Assembly (NCBI RefSeq): GCF_018350175.1
Contig: NC_058368.1
Span: 119,908,001 to 119,972,000, forward strand
Reading direction: 5' to 3'
DNA length: 64,000 nucleotides
DNA from: Felis catus
Lineage: Eukaryota
Positions 13,483 through 25,822 of the stretch are shown here, in pieces. Made by a program: the position numbers and the translations under genes. Every line of letters begins with the position of its first letter. Within the stretch, counting starts at the first letter, position 1. The notes beneath the pieces are model-generated. The model had not been told where the DNA came from and ran no database searches. It saw nothing but the letters and a program-made list of their open reading frames with translations.

Positions 13483-13644
13483 GGGGCGCCTGGGTGGCGC
13501 AGTCGGTTAAGCGTCCCACTTCAGCCAGGTCACGATCTCGCGGTCCGTGAGTTCAAGCCCCGCGTCAGGCTCTGGGCTGATGGCTCAGAGCCTGGAGCCT
13601 GTTTCCGATTCTGTGTCTCCCTCTCTCTCTGCCCCTCCCCCATT
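13483..13644 (+). mobile_element. Young felid SINEC_Fc; 3' end lost in an assembly gap
   Basis: GGGGCGCCTGGGTGGCGCAGTCGGTTAAGCG...GGTCACGATCTCGCGGTCCGTGAGTTCAAGCCCCGCG; intact Pol III A/B boxes; most CpGs retained. Confidence 0.95.
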
Positions 13645-13850
13645 NNNNNNNNNNNNNNNNNNNNNNNNNNNNNNNNNNNNNNNNNNNNNNNNNNNNNNNN
13701 NNNNNNNNNNNNNNNNNNNNNNNNNNNNNNNNNNNNNNNNNNNNNNNNNNNNNNNNNNNNNNNNNNNNNNNNNNNNNNNNNNNNNNNNNNNNNNNNNNNN
13801 NNNNNNNNNNNNNNNNNNNNNNNNNNNNNNNNNNNNNNNNNNNNNNNNNN
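13645..13850. other. Assembly gap (other N runs at 27222-27357, 34697-34837, 36645-36776, 53558-53713)
   Basis: Runs of N. Confidence 1.
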
Positions 13851-14505
13851 AAATCCAATTTTTTGCTATGAATGCGTGAGTTTTTAAATATATTTTGTAT
13901 GTTAGCCTCTTATCAGATGCATGATTTGCTAATATTTTTTCCATTACTTGGTTACCTTCTCATTTTGTTGATGGCATCCTTTGCTGTGCAGAAACTGCTT
14001 AGTGTGGTGTAGTCCCACTTAATTATTGTTGCTTTGGTTGCCTCTGCTTTTGGCATCAAATCCAAAAACTTATTGCCATGATGAATGTTGAGAAGTTTAC
14101 TCACTGTATTTTCTTCTAGGAGTTTTACGGTTTGAGGTTTCAAATTTAAGTCTTTAATCCATTTTCAGTTGATTTTTGCTTAGGAGGATGGAGATCCCTT
14201 TTCATTCTTTTGTGCATAGCTGTCCAGTTTTCCCAACACTAATTATTGAAGAGACTCTCCTTTCCCCATTGTGTATTCTTGACTCCTTTGTCGTAAATCA
14301 ATCATATATACTGCTTTTTCTTTTTTCTTTTTATGTGGGTTTCCAAAGTGTTAAAAATAATGCTGTCACATCTGCCATTCCCCCCCAAATCCCACAGAGC
14401 ATTTTTTTAAACAAATCTGAATGTGGCACTTCTGTACTTTAAAAATGATTTTATATATTTTGATTATCCTTAGATGAATTCCATGCTTCTTTTAATAGGC
14501 TAGAA

Positions 14506-14640
14506 CAGTGGTTCTCCAACTTTTCCCTGTATTAGAATTACCTAGGGTGCTTTCAACAATCCTGATGCCCAGATTGTACCCCAGGGTACAAGCATGGGAT
14601 CAAGCATGTGCATTTTTTAAAACTCCCCAGGTGATTCCTG
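14506..14640 (+). mobile_element. MER5A-like hAT fragment
   Basis: cagtggttctccaac...attagaattacctaggg...ttttaaaactccccaggtgattc. Confidence 0.7.
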
Positions 14641-15773
14641 GGGGCGGGGGAGGGGGGCTTGAGTAGAAGGCCCTTTACACTATAATCTAGCTCTTTTCTC
14701 ATTTCTCCAACTCTCTGTGTTTATATTCACTGGCAAGCCCACAAATAAACCATGTATCAGCCATATCAAACGAGTTATAGTGTTCAAATTCATTACCCTG
14801 TTGCTTCTTTGGTCTCTTTACTTATACTGTTCTCTTTGCCTAGAATTACCCCTTCCACCTAAAATGTCTATTCACCTGATAACTACCACATATATAGCTT
14901 GAAGGTAAAAGATTTAAAGATTATTACAGGTATATGGTCTTAACATAAGGCAAGGAAAATGGCTGATAGGCTTTCTTGCATCATACTGAACCCCTTGTTG
15001 AACCCTAACTGCATGAAAACATGAACCAGTTCTTCCTCGCTTGCAGGTAAGCCCTCAGCTGTCTCTGGTTATCTCCATGAATTCCTGGACAGTAAGTTTT
15101 GGTCTTTGGAAAGTTTATTGAGAAGGATGAGTTGCTGACTGGGACCTCTATAGGATGTTTGCTTTTCCGTGTGATGATTTATATTCATAATAGCCAGGCT
15201 GCAGTTGGAAATTAGACCTGCCACTTTAAAATATGCTTGGTCTGGCTCTGGTATTATGAGGAGTGGATTCTTATCAGTGGTTGCATTAAAACAGCTTCAG
15301 AGACAAGAGCAAGCATATTTTTTAAATGACATCTCTAAGAGGACTTCCTATTTTAGATTAAATCATGATTCCAGAAGGCTCTGTCCTGGATTAAAGATTT
15401 TGATTTGTCTCCATATTCTCTTAATCAAATCTCTTTTTCTTAATGCTTCCCGCCCTTAGGAAAAAAATGAGAAACTACTTTTTTCTAATGGGTTTTATTG
15501 TATCACATTAAGTCCCAGGAGACACCAAACAACTTATCTTGATTAGAAATAAGATAAACTTTTGGACCAACCATTAACTACCATGAAGCTGTTAAAAATA
15601 ATGTCACAGGTTCATCTTTACAGTTATGGGCAGTTGATGATACAAAGTCTGGAAGGATTCACACCAAAATAATAAAAATGGTTACCTCTTTTTTGATAAA
15701 ATTGCAGCTCATTTTAACTTTGTTCAGTGTTCTTATGTAATTTTTTTCTAGTTTTCTTACAGTGGCCATATAT

Positions 15774-15775
<2 letters not shown>

Positions 15776-15815
<40 letters not shown>
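15776..15815. repeat. (GT)20 microsatellite
   Basis: Perfect dinucleotide run. Confidence 0.97.
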
Positions 15816-15818
<3 letters not shown>

Positions 15819-17177
15819 CAAGTATAGTTAGAGTTTTCCTCTAAGCTAGTAGAAGTTGCCTTCTTACAGACTCTGTCAAGGGATTTGTAGAATCTATTAC
15901 TCTTCATATATTTTTTTTCTGAATAGCAGAAACTAAAGTGTCTCTTAAAGCAGCTTAACCTGCCTCCATTCATTTCTCAGTTCTGTAGAGGTCTCAAGTT
16001 ATGATTTCAAATTAAAGGAGGGAGGTGTTTTTTGTTTGTTTGTTTGTTTCCCCCCTAGCAGAGTCATCAGTTTATTAAAATCGGTCTTACTCGCCAACTT
16101 ATACCTGGGGTAAATGGCACGAGAGGATACAGAAGAGGCCACCTGATGATTCTGCGTCTGTTTTTGTGTGGTGTGGATCAGGTCACCCCATGGAGCTTGG
16201 CTTTGACTGTACTGGTTCTGCCCCATCAAGAGATAATGGCTAGGAGGGAGACATTAATTACATGTTAGAAAGCACATACTAGTGCAATAGCAAGGGACTG
16301 AAATGCAGATTTCCCTGGTGTTTCTTTTTTTTTTTTTTTTGAGTCTCTATTAAAATCAAACTTTAATCATGAATTGTGAAATAGAACACAGGCAGTTAGG
16401 GGCTGCTAAAATATTAACACATCTATTGAAACAGAAACCCAGGCACTTTATTATCCTCATGACCAGCTCTGGGATTTCATAATTAAGTCTTTCAGTTTGA
16501 TTTATTTAGACTCTAAGCAAATTTTCAAAGTGAGTTTGAGGGGCTTTGTACTTGGAACATGAATGCATTGCATTTCCCGAGGCAGTTCTGAACTGGGGTT
16601 TCATCGCTTCAACGCCCTGGCTCAGAAGCAGGTATTCTGAGATACTTCTCTTGAGCATCCTTACTCATTAACTGTGAGAAGGACTTCACACATCTCCCTT
16701 AATAGTGTGAATATTCAGGAGGGAGGGAGAAAGGGAAAGATGTTATACTTAGGAGTGAAACTGTATCAGTCATAGCATTTTAATTTCTCTTGGTCTCTTC
16801 TCTTTGGTGCTACAAATGGACACTTCTCTCCTATCTCCCAACTGATCCTCTGGCTGGTTCAGAGCCAGTAGAAAGATGTTTCCCTTCCATATTTAGAAAC
16901 ATTATGTCTTTCACCCTGCAAAAGGCACTTTGGTATTGAGGAACATTGGATTTAGCCTAATCCTGAGATTTAACATGGGGCAAATTCTCAGATAATCTGA
17001 GCTTGAACATACTATGTAGAATTTAACCTATCTCAAGGAACAGGATAGGTGAATCAAGGAAGAGAATGAAATCTAAATACAGTACAGACTTAAAGATGGC
17101 AGTTTATCCAATGACACATAAGAATCTTCGTTCCAGGCAGAGAAAGGAAGATGTGACTAATTTTTTTTAATGCAATA

Positions 17178-17290
17178 TGAGAGACAGTGAGAGTGAGAGA
17201 GAGAGAGAGAGAAAGGAGAGGAGAGGAGAGAAAAAGTAAGGAAGGGGAGGGGAGGAGAGGGGCAGGGACAGAAGGAAGGTAGAGGGAGCA
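17178..17290. repeat. Purine-rich (GA/GGAGA) low-complexity tract
   Basis: Almost pure A/G run. Confidence 0.85.
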
Positions 17291-18491
17291 TTGCCATAGG
17301 AAAATACAGTATCCAGTATCCAGTTTTTTAAATATGGGGTTTACTTTAGGATATCCATTTGGAGAATGTGCAGATGACTAGTTGACCTTGGTCATTTGCC
17401 AAATCAGCTGCCAAAGCTGGACCAAAATTAAATACCACACCCTTTAATCACTGTGATGATGGAAACAGCATGAAGCTTGAGTTCAGGACCAGCATGAACA
17501 ACCAGCATGTTTCAACTTCCTGGTCTGCTCACCTTTCTCCCCACCATCAAAAAGGAGGTGAAATACATCCCATTCTAGTTTACCTCTCATGTTGATGTTG
17601 AAAAAGAAGCCGCTTCATCCTGAGTCATAAGACTCTCCTGACCACTTTACAATGTCTCTGTGGTCTGTTTAGATCTTCACAGGAGGTTCTTGAAAACAAA
17701 GTGCCTTAAGAGAACCAATGATAGGATTTAGTATCATGAGCCCCCAGTGTGAGTCCACACTAACTGTGGAACCTGGAAAAGGTCCTTAGTTAATATGAAT
17801 CACAATTCATTAATGTGGCAAATGGAAGAAAGTATCATTTATTTCACAGGATAAAGAGTAAAATGTGATTAGAGTCATATATAATTCATTGCTAATGCTC
17901 TTGAGCATTGAGCAATTGTTGTTTGGGTTATTACTTTTATCATGGTAGAATTCTTGACTGGCCAGCAAAAGAAGTATTTTTGGCAGAAGAGGAGGGGTGC
18001 TACCATTGAGATTGTAGTATCGTATCCTGTAGCAGCTACCTACTCTACTGGTTTTAGCCTGGCCTCAATCTGGGATGAGATATTAAACTACACCAAGCCT
18101 TTACAGGAATTAATTTCTCTAAGGTCTCAGAGGTGGCCTCCTTTGACTCCAGTGTGACCTCCTGGAAAAGCTATTAGAGTAACCTTGAGCCTAGCCAAAC
18201 TCAGTAAATTTAGCCAGTGGGGATGAGACGTGTACTGGGATCAAGGAGGACTGACTCTTAGATTTCTTTCAATGACAAAATTGACCTACATTGTTCTAAC
18301 TAGGGTTCTAGCTATGATGGAGAAATCAAGAGTGAATTAATAGACCCCAAGCTTAAATCTTTATGCTATGCATTATTTTGCTACCAAACCTAGAATTAAG
18401 GAGGTTCCCCATGAAAATATTTTTCAATTTTTGTACTTCAGTAAAAAAAAAAATCTTTGTGAAAAAAACTGAAGTTAATAAAATCACCCAT

Positions 18492-18682
18492 GTCTGGGCT
18501 TAGTTAGTTGGGTGTCAGACTTTGGCTCAGGTCATGATCTTGCAGTGCATGAGTTTGATCCCCACATTGGGCTCTGTGCTGACAGCTTGGAGCCTGCCTC
18601 AGATTCTGTGTCTCCCTCTCTCTCTGCCCCTCCCCTACTCTGTCTCTGTCTCCCAAAAATGAATAAAAACATTAATTTTTTT
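18492..18682 (+). mobile_element. Can-SINE with eroded 5' end
   Basis: Consensus body; aaatcacccat repeated on both sides. Confidence 0.9.
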
Positions 18683-19798
18683 TAAATCACCCATATCTTT
18701 CATAAAATTTAAGCATTCATAGAACCAGAAGTACCCCCTTCAACTTTATGGGATTTGTTTTTGTTTTTGTTTTTGTCACATGGACAGAGTAAATCAGTGT
18801 TGTGGTTTCTAGGAAACTCATTATTATTATTATTATTATTTTTTTAGGAAACTCATTATTAATACTCCTCTATCATCTGCCCCTGATAATATCCAGTAAA
18901 TGTGGATTCTTCTTTCAGCCAACTTTTTAAGATGTTTAAGGAGTTTTTAAGGCCCACTGTGAATGGGCCACATATCTGCAATTCTATAAATATCAAATCT
19001 GGGAAATATTTGTTCATATAAGTAATGTTAAAGTTTGTGGTTGGGCCCTAACTGGCATCAGAAGCTTCTTAAAACTCATTACAGTTTCTATGGGAAGTGT
19101 TGGGATATCATTTGTAAAGATCCCTCATTGATAACTCAATGTTGAGAAGGAGGCACTTTCTATCATTCTCTCTTTGTTACCCTACATGTGTGCATTGCCT
19201 TTTTCTCCTTATCAGGGGTTCGTTTGCATGAGTCAGGGACATGTCTTTTTTCTGGGTTAGTCCACATTTTGATTCCTTTTAAGAAAGCGTGACACCTAGG
19301 TTTCATAATCTTGATAGAGAAATGCTCTTGGTGACTAGTAGACAAACAAAGAATCTCAAGTTTCAAGTCACCAAAAATGTGGAGTCCACCCAGGACGTGA
19401 TTGTGCTGCCCTTTTATTATAGATCCCAACACTAAAATAGCACATCGGGAGTTTACCACATTCTGAAGTTACCACAGCACTTTCAACCATCTGCTTCACA
19501 TTTCCTCCTTTTTCTATTCACATGTCTGAGATAATGTGGACTGTGTAGTCTGTTAGTGGTCATGTTCACAACAGGCATCTGCTTCCATGCTGGCGGTGAC
19601 CTGTTCTCATCCTCTTTCCTGGTTGTTCTGGGCAAATATGACCTCTAATAACAACACCCACTTGGAGCTCCATTACTCCATTTGAGGCACATATAGTGCC
19701 CAGTTCCACTCCATGTTGTTCGGGAGCACCACTACATGGCAAGCGGGGAACTTTTGAGCATATTTTTCAAGCAAACTTTGAAAATGTTGGATATTTCT

Positions 19799-20020
19799 GG
19801 GGGGCACCTCAGTGGCTCAGTTGGCTAAGCGGCCGACTTCAGCTCAGGTCATGATCTCACTGTTGGTGAATTTGAGCCCTGCGTCAGGCTCTGTGCTCAC
19901 AGCTCAGGGCCTGGACCCTGCTTCAGAGTCTGTGTCTCCCTCTCTCTCTACCCCTCCTCCATTCATGCTCTGTGTCTCTCTCAAAAATAAATTTAAAAAA
20001 ATTAAAAATTAAAAAAACAA
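19799..20020 (+). mobile_element. Can-SINE (SINEC_Fc2-like)
   Basis: ggggcacctcagtggctcagttggctaagcggccgacttcagctcaggtcatgatctc...A tail; tggatattt on both flanks. Confidence 0.93.
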
Positions 20021-20284
20021 GAAAGTGGATATTTGTTTTGTTGCAATAATGTGGGATACATCATTCTGAGAAAGGTGCACACAGGTCTTTATTTATCCTT
20101 GCTAAGGACACTAGGTAAAAGTTACTATTTTATTGCCATTTTTCCCCCAAAGAAAGGGAAGTACCATTGAATATCTGGTGACTCCTTTGGGGAAATTCAG
20201 AGCTGTAAAAGCTGCTCAGACTAATGTTTCCCAGAACGGGAATATGGTGATGGAGATATAATGGCCAAAGCCAGTGCATTACAC

Positions 20285-20408
20285 TGATTCATTCAATGGA
20301 TATTTTGGGGTTAGTGTCTACTATGTGCAGATATTCTTTTAGGCAGTGAGGATACAGTAATAGATAAGATGTTAAAAGCCCTTGATCTCATGGAGCTGAC
20401 ATTTCTAA
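20285..20408 (-). mobile_element. L2 3' end
   Basis: attcattcaa...tgtctactatgtgcag...gaggatacagta...ctcatggagctgacatt. Confidence 0.65.
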
Positions 20409-21829
20409 AGCATAAGCTAAGCAAGGTTTAGTGTTTTGGAGGGCCCCAGGAGGTCGCAGGCTCCCTGCTATCTGGGAAGGCCCCACCCCCAGCTTTCCCC
20501 CTGTGAGTTGTAGCAGATCCTTCCTCCTCTTCTGCAGCATGGCAGCATGGAGGAGTGTGCACACTTCTGAGTCTGGAGGAGACAAGGGAGAGGCAAGTGT
20601 GGAATGTCCCCTAATTTTCTCTTGCTTCTGCATAACCTCCTCCTTTCCAAAGTGTGTGATTCTGTGAGACTCCTCCTCCTCGTTTAGCCAGAATCCATTT
20701 TCCTACTGATTGGGTTCCTCCGAGTGGTACCCCAGCACCATTTGACAGGAGGAAGACACATTCAATTTCTGCAACAGTACCTAATTTTACTGGCTATTAG
20801 AGCATTCTCTTGCTGTGGTGGAGATCACGGTAGTAGATGATATGGAGACCAAGAGAAGGAAGAGTCAGAGAATAAATAAGTTTGGTGTGGGACCTGGGGG
20901 CAAGCCCCAGCTACTGTGTCCCCTCTGGCTGAGCAGGATCAATGGAACCAAGTGGTGTGATAGAGAGAGATGGACTGGGAGAATGGCTGTGCCTGATGCT
21001 TTAGTGGGGGAGCAAGGGATTGTAGTAGTCTGAAAGGTAAGTAGCAAGGTGGAGGAAGGAGAAGGAGTATTTCTGGGCAGGACTAGCCGTGTTCAAAGAG
21101 GGCAATCAAACATTGAAGTGGCGGCTTCCACAGTCTGTGATTTTTAAGAAAGGGCCTTGCATAAATTGGGAGTGAACCCGTCGAGAATGCCTGATATGGG
21201 TACAGTTCTCCAGGGGCTGTTGTCTTGGTACCCTGGGTCTGTGCCCTCTTCTCCTGCAACAGCATCACAGAAGGGAAACTTGTGCCCAGTGTTACGTGTT
21301 TAAATGTGCTAAAAATGTCAACTTGATTCAAAGATAAACTGCAAGCCATTGCCATGTGTCATACTATACCATTTTCAAATTGCATCAAACTTACATGAAC
21401 TTCTGAAACCCGTAGCAATACATACGTAGTACACACGTCATCTTCAAATGATAGGAACATGATTGTCATTTTGGAACTTAATCGTTTTCTCTAGGTATAT
21501 CTAAAAAGGCACACGTAATTCTTCATATATATTCACTAATTTAAATTCCTTACCTATTTTCACTATTTTAAGTTCCTTGTTTCCTTCACACACACAAAGA
21601 AAAAAAAGTATAATTTCTCTGGGATTTTGAAGAAAGGGATAATATGAGAGTAATGTACTGCTTTTTGACTTTCAACACTCACATTTTAGCTTAAAAGAAA
21701 ATATCTGCATGCTTTTAACTAAAATTAATTATAACTAAAAACACAACCTGTCTCTCAACTCAGGGTGTACTTTTTTCCTCTCTCTGACTTGCTCTGTCAC
21801 TTTGTTCCTCTCCAGTCATCCCCTCTCCC

Positions 21830-21858
21830 TACGCACACACACACATGCACGCGCGCGG

Positions 21859-21895
<37 letters not shown>
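21830..21895. repeat. Compound (CA)n/(CG)n alternating purine-pyrimidine tract
   Basis: acgcacacacacacatgcacgcgcgcgggc followed by a long (AC)n run. Confidence 0.95.
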
Positions 21896-22967
21896 TTAGG
21901 GGTATATTCCAGTGAAATTTCAGTATCAGACTTCTGCCCATTTTTCATTCCATTGAGGAAGGTAAATTGCCATGGTCTCAGGTTACTCTTCATTTTCCTT
22001 AATGCATGATTCAATGATTTCATTTAACTGGGGAATGTATTTTTGACTGATTCATTTTTAGTTGGGTAGATCTAGGCTTTTGAATTGATGTTGGCAACAG
22101 TATCTCTGAGACTACACCACGTCTCTTTTTTCCTGGTTGATGTAAAAACAAACAAGAAAATCAACTTCTTGCAATGGCTGTAAAGATGAATATTGAAAAG
22201 ATCGGCTCTTTAAAATTGTCTTTCCCTCAACATTCTCTTACACCTTATGCTGTACAAACTGTTTTTATTCATAAGTGGTCTCTAAAGATCTGAGAGAAGG
22301 AGAATAGAGAAATTTTCTGAACAAAATATGCACAAAGCTATAGATGAACAGTGAAGTTGAAGCTCCAAGTAACATCGTTGAGGAAACACATGAAGCTGTG
22401 GTCACGTGATGTGTGGACTTGGAAAGGTGATAATCACTGGACTGTGTGTATTTAAGTGTAGTGAATATTTAATGAATCTGTGGTCAGCCTCATCGATTAA
22501 GAAGTGTTTCATTTACTTGCTCACTCATGTGACTAGAGCGGGGTGGCCCTTGTAAGCCCTTTGCTCTCCTGTGGGCATAGAAGATGAACAAGCATGGTCC
22601 CTGCTGGTGAGGGTCCTAGAGTTTGATGGAGGATCTCCTGACAGAGTACAATACAGTGGTGTGGGTGCAAGAGAGATTGGGGGAGGGGCAGAAGAAGGGT
22701 CCTTACCTTGACCTCTAGGGCCGTGGTGGTTGGATATGGTGGAAATGAGAAGACTTTCTGGAGAATGTACAACTAAGCTGACTCTTCAGATGAGTTAACC
22801 AGGCAAATGGAAGAGGGCACAGGCAAGGTTTTCTAGGCAGGAAAGGCAATCTGAGTCATCAGTGAGGCAAGAAACCTAATGTACAAACACTAAAGAGTAA
22901 ATATGGGCAAGGAAGGAGACTAGATTAAGAAGAGACTCCAATATCAGGTCAAGAATCTCCTCTGTCA

Positions 22968-23281
22968 GAGAAAGACAGATACCGTATGTTTTCACTCTTA
23001 TGTGGATCCTGAGAAACTTAACAGAAACCCATGGGGGAGGGGGAAAAAGAAAAGAGGTTAGAGTGGGAGAGAGCCAAAGCATAAGAGACTCTTAAAAACT
23101 GAGAACAAACTGAGGGTTGATGGGGAGGTGGGAGGGAGGGGAGGGTAGGTGATGGGTATTGAAGAGGGCATCTTTTGGGATGAGCACTGGGTGTCGTATG
23201 GAAACCAATTTGATAATAAATTTCATATATTAAAAAAATAAATTAATTAAAAAAATAAAAGTAAATAAATAAAATTAAAAA
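22968..23281 (+). mobile_element. 5'-truncated felid L1 (L1_Fc-like) 3' end with poly(A)
   Basis: End of ORF2 (...MFSLLCGS*), G-rich 3' UTR, AATAAA, A tail; 17-bp TSD aagaatctcct(c/t)tgtca at 22951-22967 and 23282-23298. Confidence 0.93.
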
Positions 23282-23919
23282 AAGAATCTCCTTTGTCATG
23301 CACAGGAGAATAATCCAGTGCCGGTGAGACTGACATTGAGAATGATAATGATGAGAATGATAATAATACCAAAGATACAAATTGTACCTCAAATTTATAT
23401 GCTGTGATATTATTATAATTTTACAAAATATATTCATGCATATTCTCATTTGATGGAACCTAGCAGGTTTTAAGTGGGGTAATAATATTATCAAAATTAA
23501 CAATGAGAAAATATAGGGGTTTTACGAATATGGCCAAAGCCACGTAACTTGTTGGTACCAGATCAGTACCTAGAACAAGAATCTCACACTGTGGCTGGTG
23601 CAGTACGCCATCCGCCCTTGTAACGGAGGTACCTTTACGCAAGGTCTTCACTGTATCCTAAAGTGTAGGCCAGCTGTCTGTTCACCCGTGGGTTCGTTCA
23701 GATGGACTTCTGTTCGGTAGAGTAGGACAGGGTCAAGGGTCAACCCCATTGATGGGGAAAGAAAGCTCCTATTGTACATATAATTCATATGTATGATTCA
23801 TTCCCTTTACATGAAAGAAACAGATTAAGGAATAATCCATAATAATTAGTGATGATAGATTGGTAATTACCAATTACTTATAATTAGTAACAATCTATAT
23901 TACTAATATATTATTTGTA

Positions 23920-24160
23920 CTAATAATAACTGGTAACAACAATGACAAATGTGTTTAGTTCAGGAGCCATGTAAATGCACTTTGCATTTACTTCGCAACC
24001 CCATGGGGCAGGTACTGTGATTGCCCCCATGTTACAGGTGAGCAGACTGACGTTTGGCACCTTGCACAAGTCACACAAGTTATAAGTAGCAGTGTGATTC
24101 ATACTGAGATTTGTCTGACGTCACAGCCCAAGTTCTTCACTGCCACGTGAAACTGCCTTT
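23920..24160 (-). mobile_element. MIR
   Basis: ggcaggtactgtgattgcccccatgttacaggtgagcagactga...cttgcacaagtcacacaagt. Confidence 0.75.
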
Positions 24161-25129
24161 CTCTTATACTGCTGCTTGATTTACACAGCACCTATACTGT
24201 ACCATATGTGAATTGTTGGTATTTAATATACCATATGGAGACTGCTCTCTCTGTTCCAAGAATTCTGCTGCAGAGGCTGTTCTTCTGTAGATAAAAGAAC
24301 CCTGTCCTAAAATGTTTACTAACTACTCCTTGGTCCTGCTGTTAAAAAAAGAAAGAACCCAAATGTCTTATACCCTAATGCAATTTGGGTTACTGTTTGT
24401 TTCATAATCCAGCCTCATGGGCTGGGCTGTAATGGAAATCTAGTAGGAACTCTGTTTCTTGAAATAGAACCTAATGTGCAAACCAAAGAATAATGTAAAG
24501 ATTTCATTGAACATACTGAAATCTGTTAGTTTTCACTGGTTCTGACCTTCAGGTTTGGCTCCTGTTTCTGAGAACCCAAAGGATGCAGGGGTGTCTTCGT
24601 GCATTTCAATCTGTTGGCAGCTATTTTCCCTCTGCCTGTTGTGGGGAACGCACAATCAGGTACTAAGATGTGACAAGATGATGGAAATGAGAAAGTAAAG
24701 ACAGCAAGTGGGAAGGAAGTAATTAACCAGGATGCATATTTATCATAGTCTGTCATTGTTTACAAACAATATAATGATTCCTGATTGTAGAATTAAACTC
24801 CAGGCTCCCAGTTTGTGAAGTCAGTCACGTAACCCCAGCAGGTGCAGATCAGCTAAAGGACTGACTAAGTAAGTGTTCTGATGTATAGGATAGGGCTAGA
24901 TACAGTGAAAACATCTTTTCTCAAAAACGGATTGCTTGTGGAAGATTTTAATAATCAGTGTATTCAGATGCCTTAACCACTGACACAACCATGACCTGAG
25001 GGGGGATAACTGTACTTCTAAACAGAAAAATTCTCTACTCTCCTACCCAGCTTTGACAAATCATTTGCTTTCCTGAGCCTCACTTTCCTCATCTGTAAAG
25101 TGAGACTAAGGAAATGTATCTCTTCGAGT

Positions 25130-25822
25130 CCCTCCTCTCCATCTCTACTCTTACAAGTCACTGTTATCAGTTGCCTGGGCTCTGGAGTAGCCTCCTAACT
25201 GATTTCCCTACCTCTCTTCTTGCTCACTCATAATCCATGCTCTAGCTTACTCTGCATCAAGAGTAAGCTTGTTGTAAACACAACTGAAAGTCATGTAATT
25301 CCTCTGTGAACGCCTTCCTCCCTAATGCCCTGGTATAAAACCCTAACTCCTGATTGTATCCTTTGAGGTCCTACCCTTTCTGTCTCTCTAACCTCATTTT
25401 CTACACTTCCTTCTCTGTCACCGCATTCAAGCCATGCAGGCTCTCTTTTTTGCTCCTTGCATATGCTCTCCTATTCCTACCTCAGGACCTTTGCACTTGG
25501 TGTTCCTTTTGCTTGTAATAACTTCTACAAGATCTTCACAGGCTACCTTCTTTTGGACATTGGGTCCCCACTCAAATGTCACTTTTTATGGAGATGCCAT
25601 CTGATCACTCCATCTGTTGATTACAACCTTCTCACCCTAAGTCACCCCATCATATTATCCTGTCTTATTTTCTTTGCAGCCCTCAACACTATCTGAAATT
25701 TTATTATCTTTTAATTGTTTAGTGTTATTATGTAAATCCCTGTGGCTAGCTGTGAACCCATGGCCTAGACAGTGTTTAGCAGAGAGCCACCAAATATTAG
25801 TTGAGTGCCAAGTGAATAAATG
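25130..25822 (+). mobile_element. L2 3' part, lying within a MIR (25050-25120 and 25823-25885)
   Basis: agcctcctaactg...cctcaggacctttgcacttgg...ctcaaatgtcact...aaatattagttgagt...gaataaatg terminus. Confidence 0.75.

Larger units (their letters stand above)
12484..14300 (-). mobile_element. 5'-truncated L1 (L1MA9/L1_Carn-like): 3' UTR and ORF2 C-terminus
   Basis: 3' end agctttattgagacataattgaca; ORF2 remnants PQTVKLLEEN...KWDY...FCTAKDAINKMRR (13952-14143) and MEKILANHASDK. Confidence 0.88.

Noticed and set aside
13483-13560. tRNA-like sequence with A/B boxes
   Set aside because: Head of a tRNA-derived SINE, followed by the SINE body and CT tract; not a tRNA gene.
21265-21610. Unique AT-rich block suspected to be a processed pseudogene UTR
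   Set aside because: No identifiable parent, convincing poly(A) tail or TSD by eye.
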